From Blasia pusilla (lineage: Eukaryota): a stretch of DNA of 64,000 nt. The notes beneath the pieces are model-generated. The model saw nothing but the letters and a program-made list of their open reading frames with translations. It made no database searches and was not told the DNA's origin. Made by a program: the position numbers and the translations under genes. This document shows positions 38,577 through 53,847 of this stretch, piece by piece; the first letter of the stretch is position 1; each line of letters opens with the position of its first letter. The stretch lies in contig CM114271.1 in assembly GCA_050084515.1 (NCBI GenBank), positions 39,990,001 to 40,054,000 on the forward strand. Reading direction: 5' to 3'.

Positions 38577-39973
38577 TCATCTGCTCTTTCCACTTGATGA
38601 CGTAGCGTGGAGATACTCGTTTCTGCGCGGTCCTACAACAGATCTCTGAGACTTGGGAGAATGAATCCTTAACCTAGTGACGACTTTTGGTTTGATGTTT
38701 GTTTTGATTGGTGTTCTCTTGAGCATGTTCATCGAGTGACTGTGGGTGCCCTCACCAAGCGCTCCCCATTTCTGCCTTGGATTATTAAGGCTCCAAGGTG
38801 ACAAACTTCCATCTTGTTCAAGAACTCTTCGGGTCGTCCTCAGATCCATCCTAAGCTCGTTTCTCAAGTCCCTGAGGTGGCGAGCATAGCCAGACCTACC
38901 AAGATTGTCTCGTGGGCTCATGACACTGTCTTCCATTGTCATGGTCTTAAATCTGTGTTTATTGATGTCAGCTTCCACCTCCTGGCGCACAGCCGACGTC
39001 GGTCCAGCGTCAATGTCAAGTCTACCTTTAGTCACTCGCGAAGCACTCGCGCCGTGTGTCCACTCTCTGGTACACATCTCCTTGTACATGTCTTTCGCGA
39101 GCTCCACTCTCATCCTGTCCATAAACTCAGCTTCCGGGTCCTTTCTGCAAAGATTTAAAACTCCTTTTCACTTTTGTTGGTTCACGAAACGCAAGGCATC
39201 ACTGCCAGTACCAAATCATACCAACTCTCCAAAATCCCGTCAACAATCTATTCAGAACCTCTCGCCGAATATTAGGTTACAGTCGTCATCAAATACAAAC
39301 GCAATGTCTCTAACTGCAATTCTGTTGCGCACATTCTCAGCTGTAAAGCTAGACAGGTCAATAGGGTTAGACTAAAATGCCGCCCTGGGGTTGGTAATCT
39401 CCATCCCGTGCACACACGCACTATTCTATGGCTACAAAGCATGAGCCAGAAGTATTGCCCGTGGCTGGAACTTTGAAGCCCAAGGCTTCAAAGCGAGTCC
39501 AAGCGGGGACAGTAGTCCCGGGCAGTGCGAGAACGAGGTCATTCCCAACCAATCCTTCGGTCCTACGGCGCGCATCTGAAGATTGCGTGCAGGTTCGGGT
39601 CCAATACGCAGACAGACTAGCAAACCGAAGACTCACTGCCGTGCTCGTTCACGGCAGTGAGTGTCCCACATTCCCCAACAACATGAAACGGTGTGGGGAC
39701 CAACACTCACGTCTCTGTATGAGAGATCGTAATCCCAGTGCGGCGATTTCTCGTCAACCGGTCTGTCTCCACCGAAACACTCAAACTCTTTTGAACTACA
39801 TCCCGCGGACAAGGCGCTCTGGTTCGAGAAGGCAGGCCAAGTTCCTTAATACTGTCCAACGGAATGATCTTACCCGCCTTCAGATGGTCCCCAAGTTCTC
39901 GAAAATAATCCCGATGTATCGGTACAAACATGCTGATTGTTGGTGCCGATTTAGTCGCTACTGGAACACGCAC
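38577..39973 (-). CDS. Putative spliced gene of unknown function (last exon ~39146-38577)
   Basis: A 181+ codon open frame follows the acceptor tctttgcag at ~39147. Upstream protein-like segments include RDYFRELGDHLKAGKIIPLDSIKELGLP. No recognisable family. Confidence 0.4.
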
Positions 39974-40959
39974 GGCGGTGACAGGACATGGACTGAATGT
40001 TGACGGAGCCCTAACTTATGCTTGCAAACCCTATCCGAATCACGGACAGAAGCCTGAAGGGAGATACAGCTTCGGTTTTGATGGTGGGATAAAATCTATT
40101 TAGGGATTTTGAAACACTGAGAATGGCATTTCGACTCGAGGCATGAGGTGAGCAAACTCTCTCATCTGCGACCGAGACTAGCGTGCTAGGACATCGACCA
40201 CAAGACATTCGAAGTGGATATTGAACTGTGTAGTGCGACTCCACGACCTTCCACTGTACTCTCCTTCCGAGAGTTGCGTGCAACATTGATGCTGCCAACG
40301 CCCGACCCATGACTTTAAACGACACAAACGTAGTTATTTCGCACTCTTTCCATGCATAGTCCGGTCGGTCGTTGCAGCAAGCAAAGGCACTCTTGGGTAA
40401 AAGCTTCATAAAAGTTCCTTGGATGCTGGTTATCTCCGCCGGTGCCATCTCACTCCACTGAGGTTTCGACAAGTTTCCAGGCTCTAGTTGCTCCAGGCGG
40501 TGCGCTCATTTCCGACAGTTCATTCGGTCGAATAATGACAGGTCGCCAGAGTTCGGTCTCGTTCTCAAGGGGCGGGAAAGGATGAGACATTCCCCAACTG
40601 AGATCATTGGAATGCAGACTAGCGAGACAGGATGCGTAAGCGCTCTGCCGCGCTGCGTTGGTACAGTGAGAGGAGACCAACCCCGAGCACATCGCACCAT
40701 GTGAATGAGCAATGAGCAGTCAACCACTCTCTCTCTTTCTCAGAGCGCGACTCTCTCTCTCTCAAGCGTGGTACCCATGCGTCTCTTTCAAGGGCAGTTC
40801 AGAGAGGCAGGAAATAAAATGAGACGGGAAACATGGTCTCTCTCATCAGGTCTTGAGGATCGTACTCGACCAAGAAGATGGCGCCCCGATGGGCGGCCAC
40901 CAGGCCGAACATGTTCAAGCTGCAGTTACTCTCAATTGAAGTTAAATCCATATTATTAC

Positions 40960-41375
40960 AATGACAATCGGCTATAGGGGCGATGGAAAATGTTTGACTC
41001 GTTCCTTACTGATTGCGCCCATCATCTCGAAGTCGAGAAGTGAGTTGTTCTTAGCCACAACAGTATTTTATTGCAGGCGACAGGTCTCCATAACTTTGCA
41101 ACGCGCCCGGGCAAATGGGCTCAGGGGCAGGCTCGGGCGGTTGGAGACTACAAAATTAGAGGTTAGCTTGGTAGTAATCATAATTCTCTAAGTGTTGCTG
41201 ATATTGTCTCCCCCTATTGATGATTTAGTCATCAGAAACAACTCTTTCTTTCTAATCGTGGCCGGTTGGGTTCTGACATCTTTGTTCGGTATACCCCTCA
41301 TTTGTATCTTAAGTCTACTTTTTGGTTTTATACGCCCCTCATTTGTATCCATACGGGTTCCCATCCTTTTTTCTA
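40960..41375 (+). mobile_element. 3' fragment of the same RLE/CRE-like non-LTR family
   Basis: FYCRRQVSITLQRARANGL..VADIVSPIDDL aligns with the 8555-8755 segment YYTQRVSIAFQRAQANGL..VVDIVSAIGEF. Confidence 0.7.
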
Positions 41376-44300
41376 CACATATTTTATTTCTGGAGCTCTT
41401 TCAGCAGCCACATAAGAGAGTCCAGCTAAAAACAAGAAGATGTTGAGAGCATTTACCGCCGCCGCCTGCGGATCGCCTGTAACAGTGGAAGCGATTAACG
41501 AAAGTTTGAACTGTAGCTATAATTGGAATGCAGTATCTTGGTTTTGGCTACCAGTAGTCGGCGCCTCCGACCATCTGTTTGACTCATGTCTGTGCGGGTG
41601 CCACCGTATTCTGCGGTTACTCAGACATGTACTAGCGCTATCGTGTAGTTAATCAGACATGTACTGGCCGTCTTAATTTCTTGGTGGAATAGACAGCGAA
41701 AGACAGCATGACGCCCGCTTCCGAGAAACGCCCATGGACGGATGTTTCTCAGATCCTGTGCGGATATTGGGGAGAAACAGAATTCTCCAAAAGATGACTG
41801 TGAGGCATCGCATTGAACTTGCCGAGAAACTATTATGCATCGAAGAGCGATGGGTTGAGGAATTAGTGACTTTCAGAAGTTTACTGTAGCATTGAAAGCC
41901 GAAGGATGAGAGAATTAGTCATTTTGAATGAGCATGTTAGTTTCCATACTACCGCAGCACCGGTCAGGGAGACCGACCCATTTGGATCTGCCTTCCTAGA
42001 GAGCACTCGTTCCAGCATGTCCGAAAACATTGGGGTTTTAATTTTAAGAGAAGGTGATTCTCGCAACCTTTTTTAGGGCAGATGCAGAAATATAAATCGG
42101 AGGGCTTCTCTTCTTCATCCGTGAAATGACAAAGCCAGTGATGAATAATAATAAATGCATAGAGGACTTCTCTTGAGGCTCTCTCCGTCAAACCTCCGAC
42201 CTATTTGGATACAACTCTACCTTTATTCCTAAACGGGGTTGTTCTCGTCCCCGTCCAGCATTGCATCTACAAGGGCAAAATTTAGTGTCACACATATTGT
42301 TTGGGGTCACATCTTCAAGTCCGTAAAGTTCAGTGTGTCTATAATCTTCCCCCGATTACCCTAACGCTTATCAAAGCTATGCTCATGCCCATATCCACAA
42401 TGAAGTCCATGCATATTTCAAAGAATCTTCTGGAATCAGATCAGGGAACTGGCAGTGGCGTACCTCACTGGATCATCACGAATATAAAACAGGGTAGTGT
42501 GCATGCAGCATCGCAGCACTCGCTTGCGCTACGTATACAGACAGCATCGGCAGGCGGGACGCAACAATACGACAACGGCCAGTTCAGGACCAACTCGATA
42601 CCCGCCAACCTCCGATCACGAGACGTAGACACACAACTATATTTTAGCAGCGTTCGCTCAAATTCGATTTGTTCGTATGCGGTACCTTGAAAGATACTGA
42701 TGAACAAGGAATACGTGTTCCGTACGAACCTTTGAGAGGATAGGCATGATCCCATCATCCCATGATCCGCAGAGACATTTATGATCTGGTGCAACTCCTC
42801 GTCACGCTCTCTGGTGAGGTCAACCGCACTTTGACGACTCTCGTCGTCCAACACCCCGGCGAAGTGCTTTCATGAGCCATTTCTTTCGTTGGCAGACAGC
42901 ACTGATGAGAGTCTTTCATTCAATTGAACCGCAAAGCACGCCGGCCAGCGCACACAGAGCGCGAACTCGCATCAGACGCTGACACAGAAGGAGCGCCGCT
43001 TTGAAACTCCGAGCCGCCTCTGCAGTCGGCACAGACGCGCCGATCCGGTAGGATGGCGCCCGACGTGATGATTCGTTCGTTTCCTGTCAAACCAACCAAT
43101 AATCCAACTTCAACACCTCGAGAGAATGTTTCCAATCCACCGACGACCGCCACGGCAACGGCTCACTTTCAAGCATTTACGCAGGGGAATCGTCCAGTTC
43201 CGGCTGTCCATTCTCACCGGACATATGTGAATGAATGATGGGCGAAACACACACTTACTACTACAAGAGCCCCGATCCGCCGGGAGCTAGAGCTATCTAT
43301 AATGTGCTGTTATCTGTTGTGGTCGTAAATTAGAGCTACAACAGCGTACGGTACGAGAACCTCGATGTAAAGAGGGAAAGACGCATGCGCCCTTCTCTAT
43401 CACGTGATCAACAAAGTCCTCGCGCGATAAGCTCGGAAATGAAAATGTCCCAATGTATCAGAGTATGAATCTCTCCCAACTTGTGAGCATGTAGTTTTGA
43501 TTGCGGTATATAAGCAACTACTACCAACACAAGAGAGACTCAATCATGGAAGCCGAGAGAACATGCTTGGGCTCATTCTAAACACAACGCCAAATGCTCT
43601 TCAAGAAGTCCTTGACCTAAATCCTTGCATCTTTTTAACTCTCTTTTTTTGCATCATCCAAGGTAGTTGTGCTAACCAGACGCCCTTCATGTTCAAGCTA
43701 TAGTACATCGACGAGTGCAGTGATTTCAATTGAAAGTTGGATTGAGCTCTCTTCAGCTTCATCCAAAACAAAACTGACCAAATGGAGTCATATATGTGAT
43801 TTGGAATTATCTCAATTTACATCATCTCTCGTGTATCCCTTACTATAATAAATACCATCATGATTATCACCCCATAACTACATGGAACATAGAGAGTCAA
43901 AATATTATATGGGTAATTAGTTATGAAAATATTCTAGATTGAAGTGTTTTAAAATTGAAAAAATTGCAAAAAAGCTACTATTATGCTAATGGAATTAAAT
44001 GATCGATTCATGAGAGAAATCTACTTGCAAATTAATATCATAATGAAGATACATGATGTAATATTTGATTGTTAATAAGGGAATAGATTGATAACAAATT
44101 ATTTGAATCCATATAAAGAAAGGAAAACACGAGTGAACGACAAAAAAGGCGAATGTAGGAGAAACGAAATGCCTGGTATTGGACATGTTGAGGTAGTAAG
44201 ATCAATTGTATGAATTTTTGGAAAACTTCTCATATTTTAAAATAGGAATATATAGGATGCCGTGTACCAAATTACAAAATTTGGAACCAATGATTTGAAT

Positions 44301-44735
44301 AGCCTATGCAAACAAATCATTCTACAAATATTTTAGGAAATTCCATGAACATATGCTTAGTTTTATCCAAAAAAAAGCTCTGCGGCGCATATTTAAAAAG
44401 CAACCTATAAATTCCAACTGAGGGAAAAGTTAACATAAGCTACCTAGGATCAATCCTCGTGACATGCAAATATTAATGTGAGAAGCATGGAAACAATGAG
44501 GATGGCAAAAACATACCAATGAGCAGCGCATGGACTAAGTGCATTTCCTCTTGCTGGTAGACTGCATATATGATAGAACTAAAATCACAACTCTAAGATG
44601 GTATAGTAATAACACCAAAATCATTAGTATTATGTTGATTGGATGTGGTTGCATGGTTGGTATGATGAGATGACATGATTATAACATCATCAAAATCAAG
44701 CAAGACGGGGAGATGGCTAGGATTGTCTACATCAA

Positions 44736-44922
44736 TCTATATTATTATGGGAGAGTGCCTTCTTGATTTGCAAACACCTCTCTACTTGATACCTGGCAAT
44801 TGGGCAGCAAGAAAATGTTTCACATGTTTTGTGCAACATCATTAATCGCTTCCCTTCATGGGCTATATACTAATTCTTAACCAATTTTTTATTTCCCCTG
44901 CATCGCACGGGCACCTTACTAG
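44736..44922 (+). mobile_element. Complete 187-bp non-autonomous Helitron
   Basis: A|TCTATATTATTATGGG ... CCCCTGCATCGCACGGG hairpin, caccttaCTAG|T. It has canonical termini and an AT insertion site without a TSD. Confidence 0.85.
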
Positions 44923-47900
44923 TAGGAATAGATTCAAAATCTAGCAATTGTCCATAGAGTAGCTCTAGGTCCCTACGTCATAGATGCAAACATAAGATTA
45001 GAAGTCCACATATAATTCTACAAAGCATCGCTAGAGTTAGCAAAGGCATCGTGTAAGTAGGAAAGAGGCAAATTGTTAGATACAAGCCTTACCCATGACG
45101 CAATGCACAAATCTACATTAGGATGGGCAGGCAATCGATTATGGAATCATAAGTAGAGACCCTACAACCTCCTAAAGGGGAAAAGAAAAAGATTAGGGAT
45201 AGGGTGGGGTGGACAATGAGAAAACATGTAGAGCTTGGCTATGGTTGCTTGTTATATATATGGGGATGATAGAGGGAGGATCAAGGAATGCATGGACAGA
45301 GGAATAACGATCCGATAGACGCACCAATATACAGGCAGACAGAAAATGTGATATGCGAGAGCAGTGGCCTAGGGCAAAGGAAATACTTCCAAGAAGAGGC
45401 TAGGGTGAGGTGTGGCAAGAAGAGGCAAGGTGGAAGTGGCTAGACACTAGGAATCATGTGGAGGTACATAAGGAGTTAAAAGGTTGAGGTTGGAGGAGCA
45501 GAGAGAGAGAGAGGAGAAGGGAGGGGGGAGGGGGGGGAAGAGAAAGGATCATCACTCCTAAGATGATATTCTATATCAAATCTAGTTTGAAGAGGGAATA
45601 GGGACTAGGCGAGCATAAGGCGTCAAAAGAAAGGCAGCCAAATAGGGAAGACGATGAGAGGTGAGGGAGAGCTATAGTGTAGGCTAAATGAGAATGACAA
45701 GAAAGAGGATCAGGATGGGAAAAAAATGTATCACATAGCAAGAGTATGCGGACCTACTATTATAGGAGTAATTTAATCTAGCATGGGTAAAATTATAGGC
45801 CGATTAGTAAAAGAAAAAATGCGTGAATAGTCAAATCTCTTGCATGTCTGTACTCACCATAAGTTTGATCGTCAAGTGATTGTCATTAATGCCATCCAAG
45901 CTGAATGCAAGGCAAAGCACATTTACTAAGCCGCAAGACTTCTTGCGACATAGAGTACATAAAATAAACTTTATAGAATAAAGTTGCATAACAATCAGCT
46001 AGGCATACATAATAGCAATCTCAACATATGGAAGTAAATTGCACATGTGCACGAAGTCCTCGCCACCCATTTAACTGAAATCCGTTAGAAACTAATTCAA
46101 ACCAGTGGGTGTTTCCCTCGTGAACCATTGGATAAAAAAATTCGGACCTAGAAAATAGGTCCCTACAACCTCCATGCGTGCCCATGGAAGTGGGCCCTAA
46201 TATCTGCCATCAATGTAGGTGTTGCCAATTCCCAAAAAAACTAGTGTCTTTTCATGAGTCCGTGGTGTTGAATCATTTCACATCCTTAAGTTAGCAACGG
46301 CTTCTACTAAGCTCCACTAGATCTAGTATCCCTTCTATTCACCTTCAAATTCAATACCTATGTATTTGTAATCTCAACCAATCTTAAGTGATGAGAATTT
46401 TGAGATTTTTAGGAAAGTATTTTGTCCTTCCCAAGGAACCAATGTCTTTTCAAAGTTTTCTATTCATGTCTTTGCAAGAATAATTGATCTCCGCAAATCT
46501 GATATGGTTAAGTTACCTAACATATTTCCATAGTATCTAATATCTCTTCATAATACTCTTAACTACTTTTTAACTAGTTTGGTTTTTCCTTCTTCCACCT
46601 TCCACCATATTGGGTGTCCCTTCATTCCTAAATAATATCGAATATGGTGTATTCCTCTATCCTTTGTTTAACACACATATCATTCCTTACTAGGTTAGTT
46701 ATCTTCCTCCTTTACTATATCTTTTTGCTCCTATGGCCTCCTAACTTCTTTAGTGTTACCCTTCTCTACCTTTATTCAAGATGTCTTTATCTTTTGGCAC
46801 AACTAATCTTGTACCATGTCTAAATGTCTAAGTGGCATGGAAAAACAGTCCTGAGGTTACCCTTGAGTGCTAAGAGATTGCATGCAGTTTTCTATTGGAA
46901 GGGATTTTTTTCTAAGGTCACATTTTGGTCCTCCATAGCAAAAAGGACTAAGCAAAAAATTACCATAAGCAAAGAAAGTATAGGCTACGGAAAAACATGA
47001 GGAGAGACATTGCAACACACAATCACCTCACCTAAGTGTAAACAATAACGAATTGGAGCCCTTAGAGAGTGGGCTTAACGCATCATGTAGCATACCATCT
47101 AGAACATGCAAACAATTGATAACACAAAATAGGCCAAAGCCTTACAAATTTTTGATTAGTTAATCACACAAATGAGCCCTCTTACTTTGCCCAACAAGAA
47201 AACTTGCCCACAATCCAAACTGGTAGAGCTAATGAAATGGAAAAAAAGCTACAAAGTAGGAACCGACCCAACAACAGAAGAGTGTGCATGATGAACTAAG
47301 ATAGAAACGAAAGAAATAAGAGATCCTCAAGCACTCCACTATAGAGCTGACCTAACAACTTCAAAGGCGGGATGTTGAAGAGCAATGAATTTGCAAAGTT
47401 TGTCATGGCATGAGCTTTGTGATGGTACTCATAATTCTCTTGCATATTCACGGGGGTAGTCTTGGTCAATTTTCATGCTCGATGTTATGAGGACTAGCCC
47501 AACCAACTATTAGGACTTTGGATAGTAGACTAGCCCACCCTATTGTTAGGACTTGTGACAATAGAGGCGTAAGCGGCAACATCTATTCCTTGCACGGGTG
47601 ATGCTATGAAGACTAGCCGCCATTACTCCTAAGATACAATGTACTGAGAGACAGCTGCCAATAGCAATGTCATGACACATGCAACCACAAGGCAACACAT
47701 AAGTAGGTTTCCTAGCTCGATGGGCTCAATGGCAAGAGCCAAAAACAAGGACACGGAGTCGTATATGACCAAAATTCATATTAGATGGCAATTTTAGCTA
47801 GAAACTCATAAACTTATTTCACTTTTCACATGTCCAAACTATGAAAACTTTACCCTTAGGGCATGCAAGCATCCATGTCCAAGATGATGCAGGGTAATAA

Positions 47901-49379
47901 CTAATAGGGCATGTCAAGCAACACCTCATGGAAATATTCATATGTATCAAATGTCCATGGAACGCCAATTTTTTCTTAATAACGAGGTATGGGGCACCTT
48001 ATCATGTACTCTCGTTTAACACAAACAATTCTAATTTTTTGTAGTAGGTCTACATGGAAATACTTTTGATTTTTTGGTAAAATTATTGCTACCAATTTTA
48101 TAATAAACGTTTCCAATGATACACCAAAGTTTGAATATGAATGCAAATTTGACAAAATTGTAGAGCTTAAAGCAAGGAATCTACCCAACAAATTATGCAC
48201 GAAGTGCACGCAAATGCTAAAGATCAAATGACAAATGAATTTTTTTAGCGATGACCTTATCCATTAGACCATTACTAACTTTATCTTGAAACTTCTCCCT
48301 AATATGGACTCTTGTTCAAAAGACATAATATGGCAATAGAGAGGCATGGAATCAATGGTGGTTTCTACAATTTTCATAAGAGAAGTTTTCACATTCAAAT
48401 TTTTGTTCATCACGTTTCCACGTGGAGTGATAAGAATTGACAATGGGATAACGTAAGAGCCATAAATATCATGGTGTATTTCTTAAAAAAATTAATGGTT
48501 GCTAAGCCATGGAAGAAATTCCTATCATTTTCACTTGTTTAAACCTTATTCTGTGCTTCTTTGAGTTTGATCTTGACTTTTATGTCATCGCTTGATGACA
48601 ATGTTTTTGCCTTATGCTACATAGATCCAACTTATGTCTTTTAGTAGTAGATTTGGAATCCATCACATTAGACCTAGTGGAAGTTACACATCATCGTGAA
48701 TATAATTCATATTTATACCTTTTCATTGCACTGAAGTTTGTTTGCTAATTGTTATCTCATCTTCAGCCATGCCAGTGCTGACCAAAGGACAATTTGTTAT
48801 CACATGGATTTTTTTTTATATGTGGGAGGTATGTTTTCCACTCATAGACATACATTGCTATTAGGTAGGCACGCTGATTCAATCATGAGTATTTTGCGAC
48901 ATTTGTAGTAACAATGAGAAGTTGAGTTCGTGTCCTTTGCCTCTTGTGGCTACATTTCCCCAACGGTGATCATAGAGTTACACCATATTATGGTGTATCA
49001 GATTTTTTACATTATGCTTTTAAGAAGGAGTGGGTTGTATCAATGTCTAAGGGTCAAGTTGATGACTCACCAATTGCCAAGGAATGACAATGTCACAACT
49101 ATTGTGTTCATACTATCTATTATAGAATGGAAAATTGTTGTCGAAGGATATCTCCATACAATGGGTATACAAGTATTAGGATGGATGGCTATGGATATAC
49201 AAAGAGTCCTTGATATTTGGAACCACTAGTCCCAAAATGTCACTAGATGTAGTCAGGAATCGTGTCACAACAAATATGTAGGGTGCCTTCGATGAAAATC
49301 ATAGGATGAGGTCAAAGATGACATGTTAAGGACGATGATTGCTTGAGAGAACAAGTTTCCCCTTTGTTTGGGCTCATTT

Positions 49380-51700
49380 CACTACAATAAATTGTGTATT
49401 ATATTATTATAAGAAATGACTATGTTGAGTCATTGTGCACGGTAAATGACTCACTATGGCTTATAACCATTAGAGTCATATACAAGATATGACTCTCACT
49501 ACCAGATTGGTAAATGACTAAAGTCATTAGCTACTCAGTCATTGATATATGACTAAGATGTCACGTGTGAATGACACGTCAAAATGCCAAGTTGGCGTTT
49601 GACATGGCAAGAAGAAATGACGTGGCAAAGTGAGCATCAAATCCTGTATTGCCACGTGTCATACTTGGGAATATTGGATGTTTTAGGCTCAATGAGACGA
49701 CATGTGTAATGACATGAACAAATGATAAAGTGACACGTGGTTGAAATGAATGAGTCATACATACCAACTGCGTCATTTCCTATGACTATATGAGTCATCA
49801 ATTATGAATATATGGGTTAGTATTTATGACTATTTGGTCACCCTATATGTGGTATAGTTATATTTTATAACTAACTGAGACATTATATTGATGATTTGAG
49901 TCATTTATCTCGATTCATTCATGACTGTACTAGTCATATTTCCAAACCATTTGAGTCATTGTGTTGACTGTATGAGTTATTATCATGACCATATTAGTTA
50001 TATTTATGAATATATTAGTCATTCATACAACTTTATAAGTTGTGTTTTATTACTAAATCATGTAGTGTGTTCACAATTTGTCATTGCTCCTCCTAGTGAT
50101 TGTTAAATGAGAGGAGTAACTTTGGTAACTAATTGGTGGTCATCTTAGTAACATTATCCTTTTAATATAATTAGAGATTATCTCATATCTAGTGAGGAGT
50201 AATGTGTGAATACAAGTAGCATAGACAATGGTGAAGATATACATTGTCAACATCTCAATCTGAAGATCTAGAAGAGGGATATATCTTGATTAAGTAATTC
50301 TAGGGTACATGCCGTTACGGTGAATTCTGAAAACTACAGATATATCACAATCAAACCATTCTCTAATTGATGAAACCAGAGTATAGATGATTCATTATAT
50401 GGAAGAATCAAAGTATTTACATCATATTCTTAGCAAGCCGCAAGAAGTAACCATTAGCATATGGAAGCCAAACTACAAACAAATGACATGATAAAATCAT
50501 TTTGAAAGTTTAAACATTTATGAAAATCACAAAATCCAAAGATCCTAATGAACTAGCTTCTTCAAATTCAACGCCGGGTAAATGATTGAAGTTTCAACTG
50601 CATCTCCAAGTGTGAGTTGAGTAGATTCGTCCATTGTTTTCAACTCCCATAGTTGGTAATCCAGTTTAGAAGCATCCTTAAGATCCACTCGAACTGATCC
50701 AGGACCTATATCCTTCCCATGGAACTTGTCTCGCCCACTCAAGCCTGAAACTACTCCAAGACCCAAAATATTATCGCTCAGTTTTGGCTGTGTGAGATGT
50801 CCTTCATATCCCAAACGAAGCTACATACATACCAATTCAAAATAGAAAGTTAATGACAAATAGAACAACATTATAACAATTGATAAGTAAGTATACTCTC
50901 TATCATTACCTTGGTCCATCCATCTAGGGGTAAAGTCCTTGAAAAGTTGACAAGCCTCACCTGGATAGGTACAAAAAATAAGAATAAAAACACAAAAACT
51001 CATCCATTGTTGTAACATATCTACGAAAAAACACATGAAATTTCTTTGCAAAAAGTTAAAGCTTGATTATTTTACCCTCTGCTTCTTGCTGTTTAGCACT
51101 TTTGGGTAACACTCTGACTCACTACCCACACTTGCAACCATCTCGGTGGTTGCCTTCATCTTCTTTTTGATCTTTGGTGAAGCTTATATGTCCACTATTG
51201 CTTCACTATAGAACATTAAACTTCAAAGAGATTAATATATGGAACATTATTATCACATGAAAAAATTCTCACTTTCATCACTCATACACACGGAAGTTTA
51301 TTGAATTGGTTGTTGTTGTTATACATGCAATTTGCTCCCATTGTTGACATGTACTTCAACATTACTATGTCTCGGCAAGTGAAAATGGAATAAATAAGAC
51401 ATGGAATAGAGGGAAAATAGAGTTGAGATATGCACCTTGGGATATTGTAGTAGTCATAAATTTAGCTTTATCACTGCTGTTTATAAGACGAGTATAAGGT
51501 AAGATTGAATGCTCCAATGGGGATCTGTCTTGGTAACCATCAATACCATGTATGATCAGACATCTCCATGATCGGTGCTGAAACTCACCCACTCACTCCA
51601 ACCAAAGTCTATCGCAATGTAGGGATGGGAAACTTGTTCAATCTTGCAACAAGCGGCATAACAAAAGAACATGAGTCCACTAATGAACATAATGAGCACA
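49380..51700 (-). mobile_element. CACTA (En/Spm) transposon relic; far boundary unknown
   Basis: CACTACAATAAA terminus at 49380, followed by dense subterminal ATGACT/AGTCAT repeats to ~50030. ORF 50545-50814 (GLGVV..FHGKDIGPGSVRVDL..LTLGDAVETSIIYP) resembles the C-terminal domain of CACTA ORF2 proteins. Confidence 0.65.
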
Positions 51701-52097
51701 TCAGGTTCTGAATTCATTGGGTCATAGCAAAACTATGGATAAATATTCAAATTATTGCAACCCAACGATTGAAAGACTATGATAGCATTCAAACAAATGA
51801 TGGTACATGTCCCCCTACATTCCCCACCAAACCCTCCTACATTCCCCACCAAATCCCCCTAGCCTGACTTGTGCTTTCCCTTATCCTGGTAGTCAATAGG
51901 ATTTGTATGATAACACAATTCTGGAACTGACTTGGGACTAAATGTCGTCTTTCCACTATGTGGTCTTCTGCTATAAATTCACAACATACCAAGCAAGAGC
52001 AAATGCTGATTTTTCTAAGCTGGTCACACCAGAATTATTCAACACATTTAGTAGCCACGATTCATTGCCCAAAGCTATCGCACAAGTAAGTATTCTA

Positions 52098-52205
<108 letters not shown>

Positions 52206-53617
52206 TCTCTCTCTGTGCAGTCTCTAGTTCAGTCTTACCAGCACTAGGACTCTACATCATATCATGGATTAAAAGTGCACATTGTAGCACAAGTCTCCCT
52301 CCCTCCCCCTCTCCCTCTCTCCTTGTGCAAACAAGGAGGGAACAAGATCGAATGAAACATATGATGGAAGTCATTTATACTTAGCTTAATCTTTCAAACT
52401 CCAAGAGACTCCATCTAATACTTGAGGGATAGGGTATTTGACCTATTTTATTACCTATGATTTTTGAAGATATTGCAATAAAGATGGGTCATGTCACACT
52501 TAATATTGTTCTACTTCCTAAACCATATATATCATACAGTTATGATTTCCTCTATGTCTAAGTTGAAACTACTACTCTTAGCTTCTCCTTATACAGGGGG
52601 ATACTCAATCATCGAGTCAAGAAAAATTGCGTACATTAAGTATCACTTAATGCCCATTTTAAGATAACCTATTTTTTTGTCCAATGCAAAGACAGATGTG
52701 TCCAAAGTTGATTTCTATTGAGAAATTTGGTAAAAAGATCCTCAAGGTTATCCTTTGTAGGATGGAAGACTTACTTCCTAACCTCTTTTGCAATGAGCTC
52801 GCAAATAGTGTAATTTTCAATCTCAATGTGGTTGGTGGGAGCATTAAAGATATATAGAACTATGTGCAATGGCAACACAAATGTAATTATCACAAACCAT
52901 CAATTGCATATGCATCTCCTCCAAGTATGTCCTATAAATCATCTTATCTAAAGTGCTACACAAGAAGCATAATATGTAGCCTTTTTTTTAGATTCGATGG
53001 AAGATACAACCATTTTTTGTTGTTTTCTTGTTGACTCTAAATCCTAAACATATCATCAAAATAAGAAATAAGAATCGAAAAAAAATCTTTCTATTAGAAT
53101 CATAAACTCCTTCCTATTCCAAATTTAAGAAATATTTGACATCAATGCTCATTTTAGAGATAATTCTATAGTTGACAGTACCTTCTTCTTTATGCTTAAG
53201 CACAAATTTACCCGCTCTAATGGTTCTCATGAGACTTAATGGAGAACTTAATCAAGATATACCTATTGGAAAGCTGATAGGGTATTCTATTATATTAGAA
53301 TAAAAGATTAACAATTATGTGCTCCGATGGCGTCTACATGCACTTCTTTGGGTGTTGGATCTCCTAAAGGCCTAGCACATCCCTATCCGCATGCATATCC
53401 TCAGTGTGGATACTAGATAGGATGTGCTCCATGCGTACATCAATTTTTTGAATCCATATGTATATAGATCCATTTAGACAAGCATTGTATGTGTTCAAAT
53501 GTGAATGCGAATTTTGGAAATTTTGGAAATTTATATTTTCATTTAAAGAAAATAGTTGGAGTCATAGTTATGCGATTGCTTAACCACTACATTGTGATTA
53601 AATTGCACATCTCAACA

Positions 53618-53847
53618 TTCATCATATAGTTGTGAATGTAGTAGTGTTGCTTCATCTTATACAAAAGTACATAGTTATTAAGGAAGTAGTGAACCTACCC
53701 TTGGATCATGTGCTCAAGACATCCCCCACTGATTCATCAGACAGTTGTGAATGTAGAAGTGTTACTTCCTCTTATACAAAAGTACATAGTTATTGAGAAA
53801 GTAGTGAACCAACCCTTGGAGCATGTGCTCAAGACATCCCCCACTGA
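53618..53847. repeat. Tandem duplication, 115-bp unit x2
   Basis: ttcatca..agttgtgaatgtag..tcttatacaaaagtacatagttatt..catgtgctcaagacatcccccactga occurs twice. Confidence 0.9.

Noticed and set aside
42465-43153. Possible small spliced gene on the minus strand
   Set aside because: No convincing start codon, consistent exon chain or recognisable motif.
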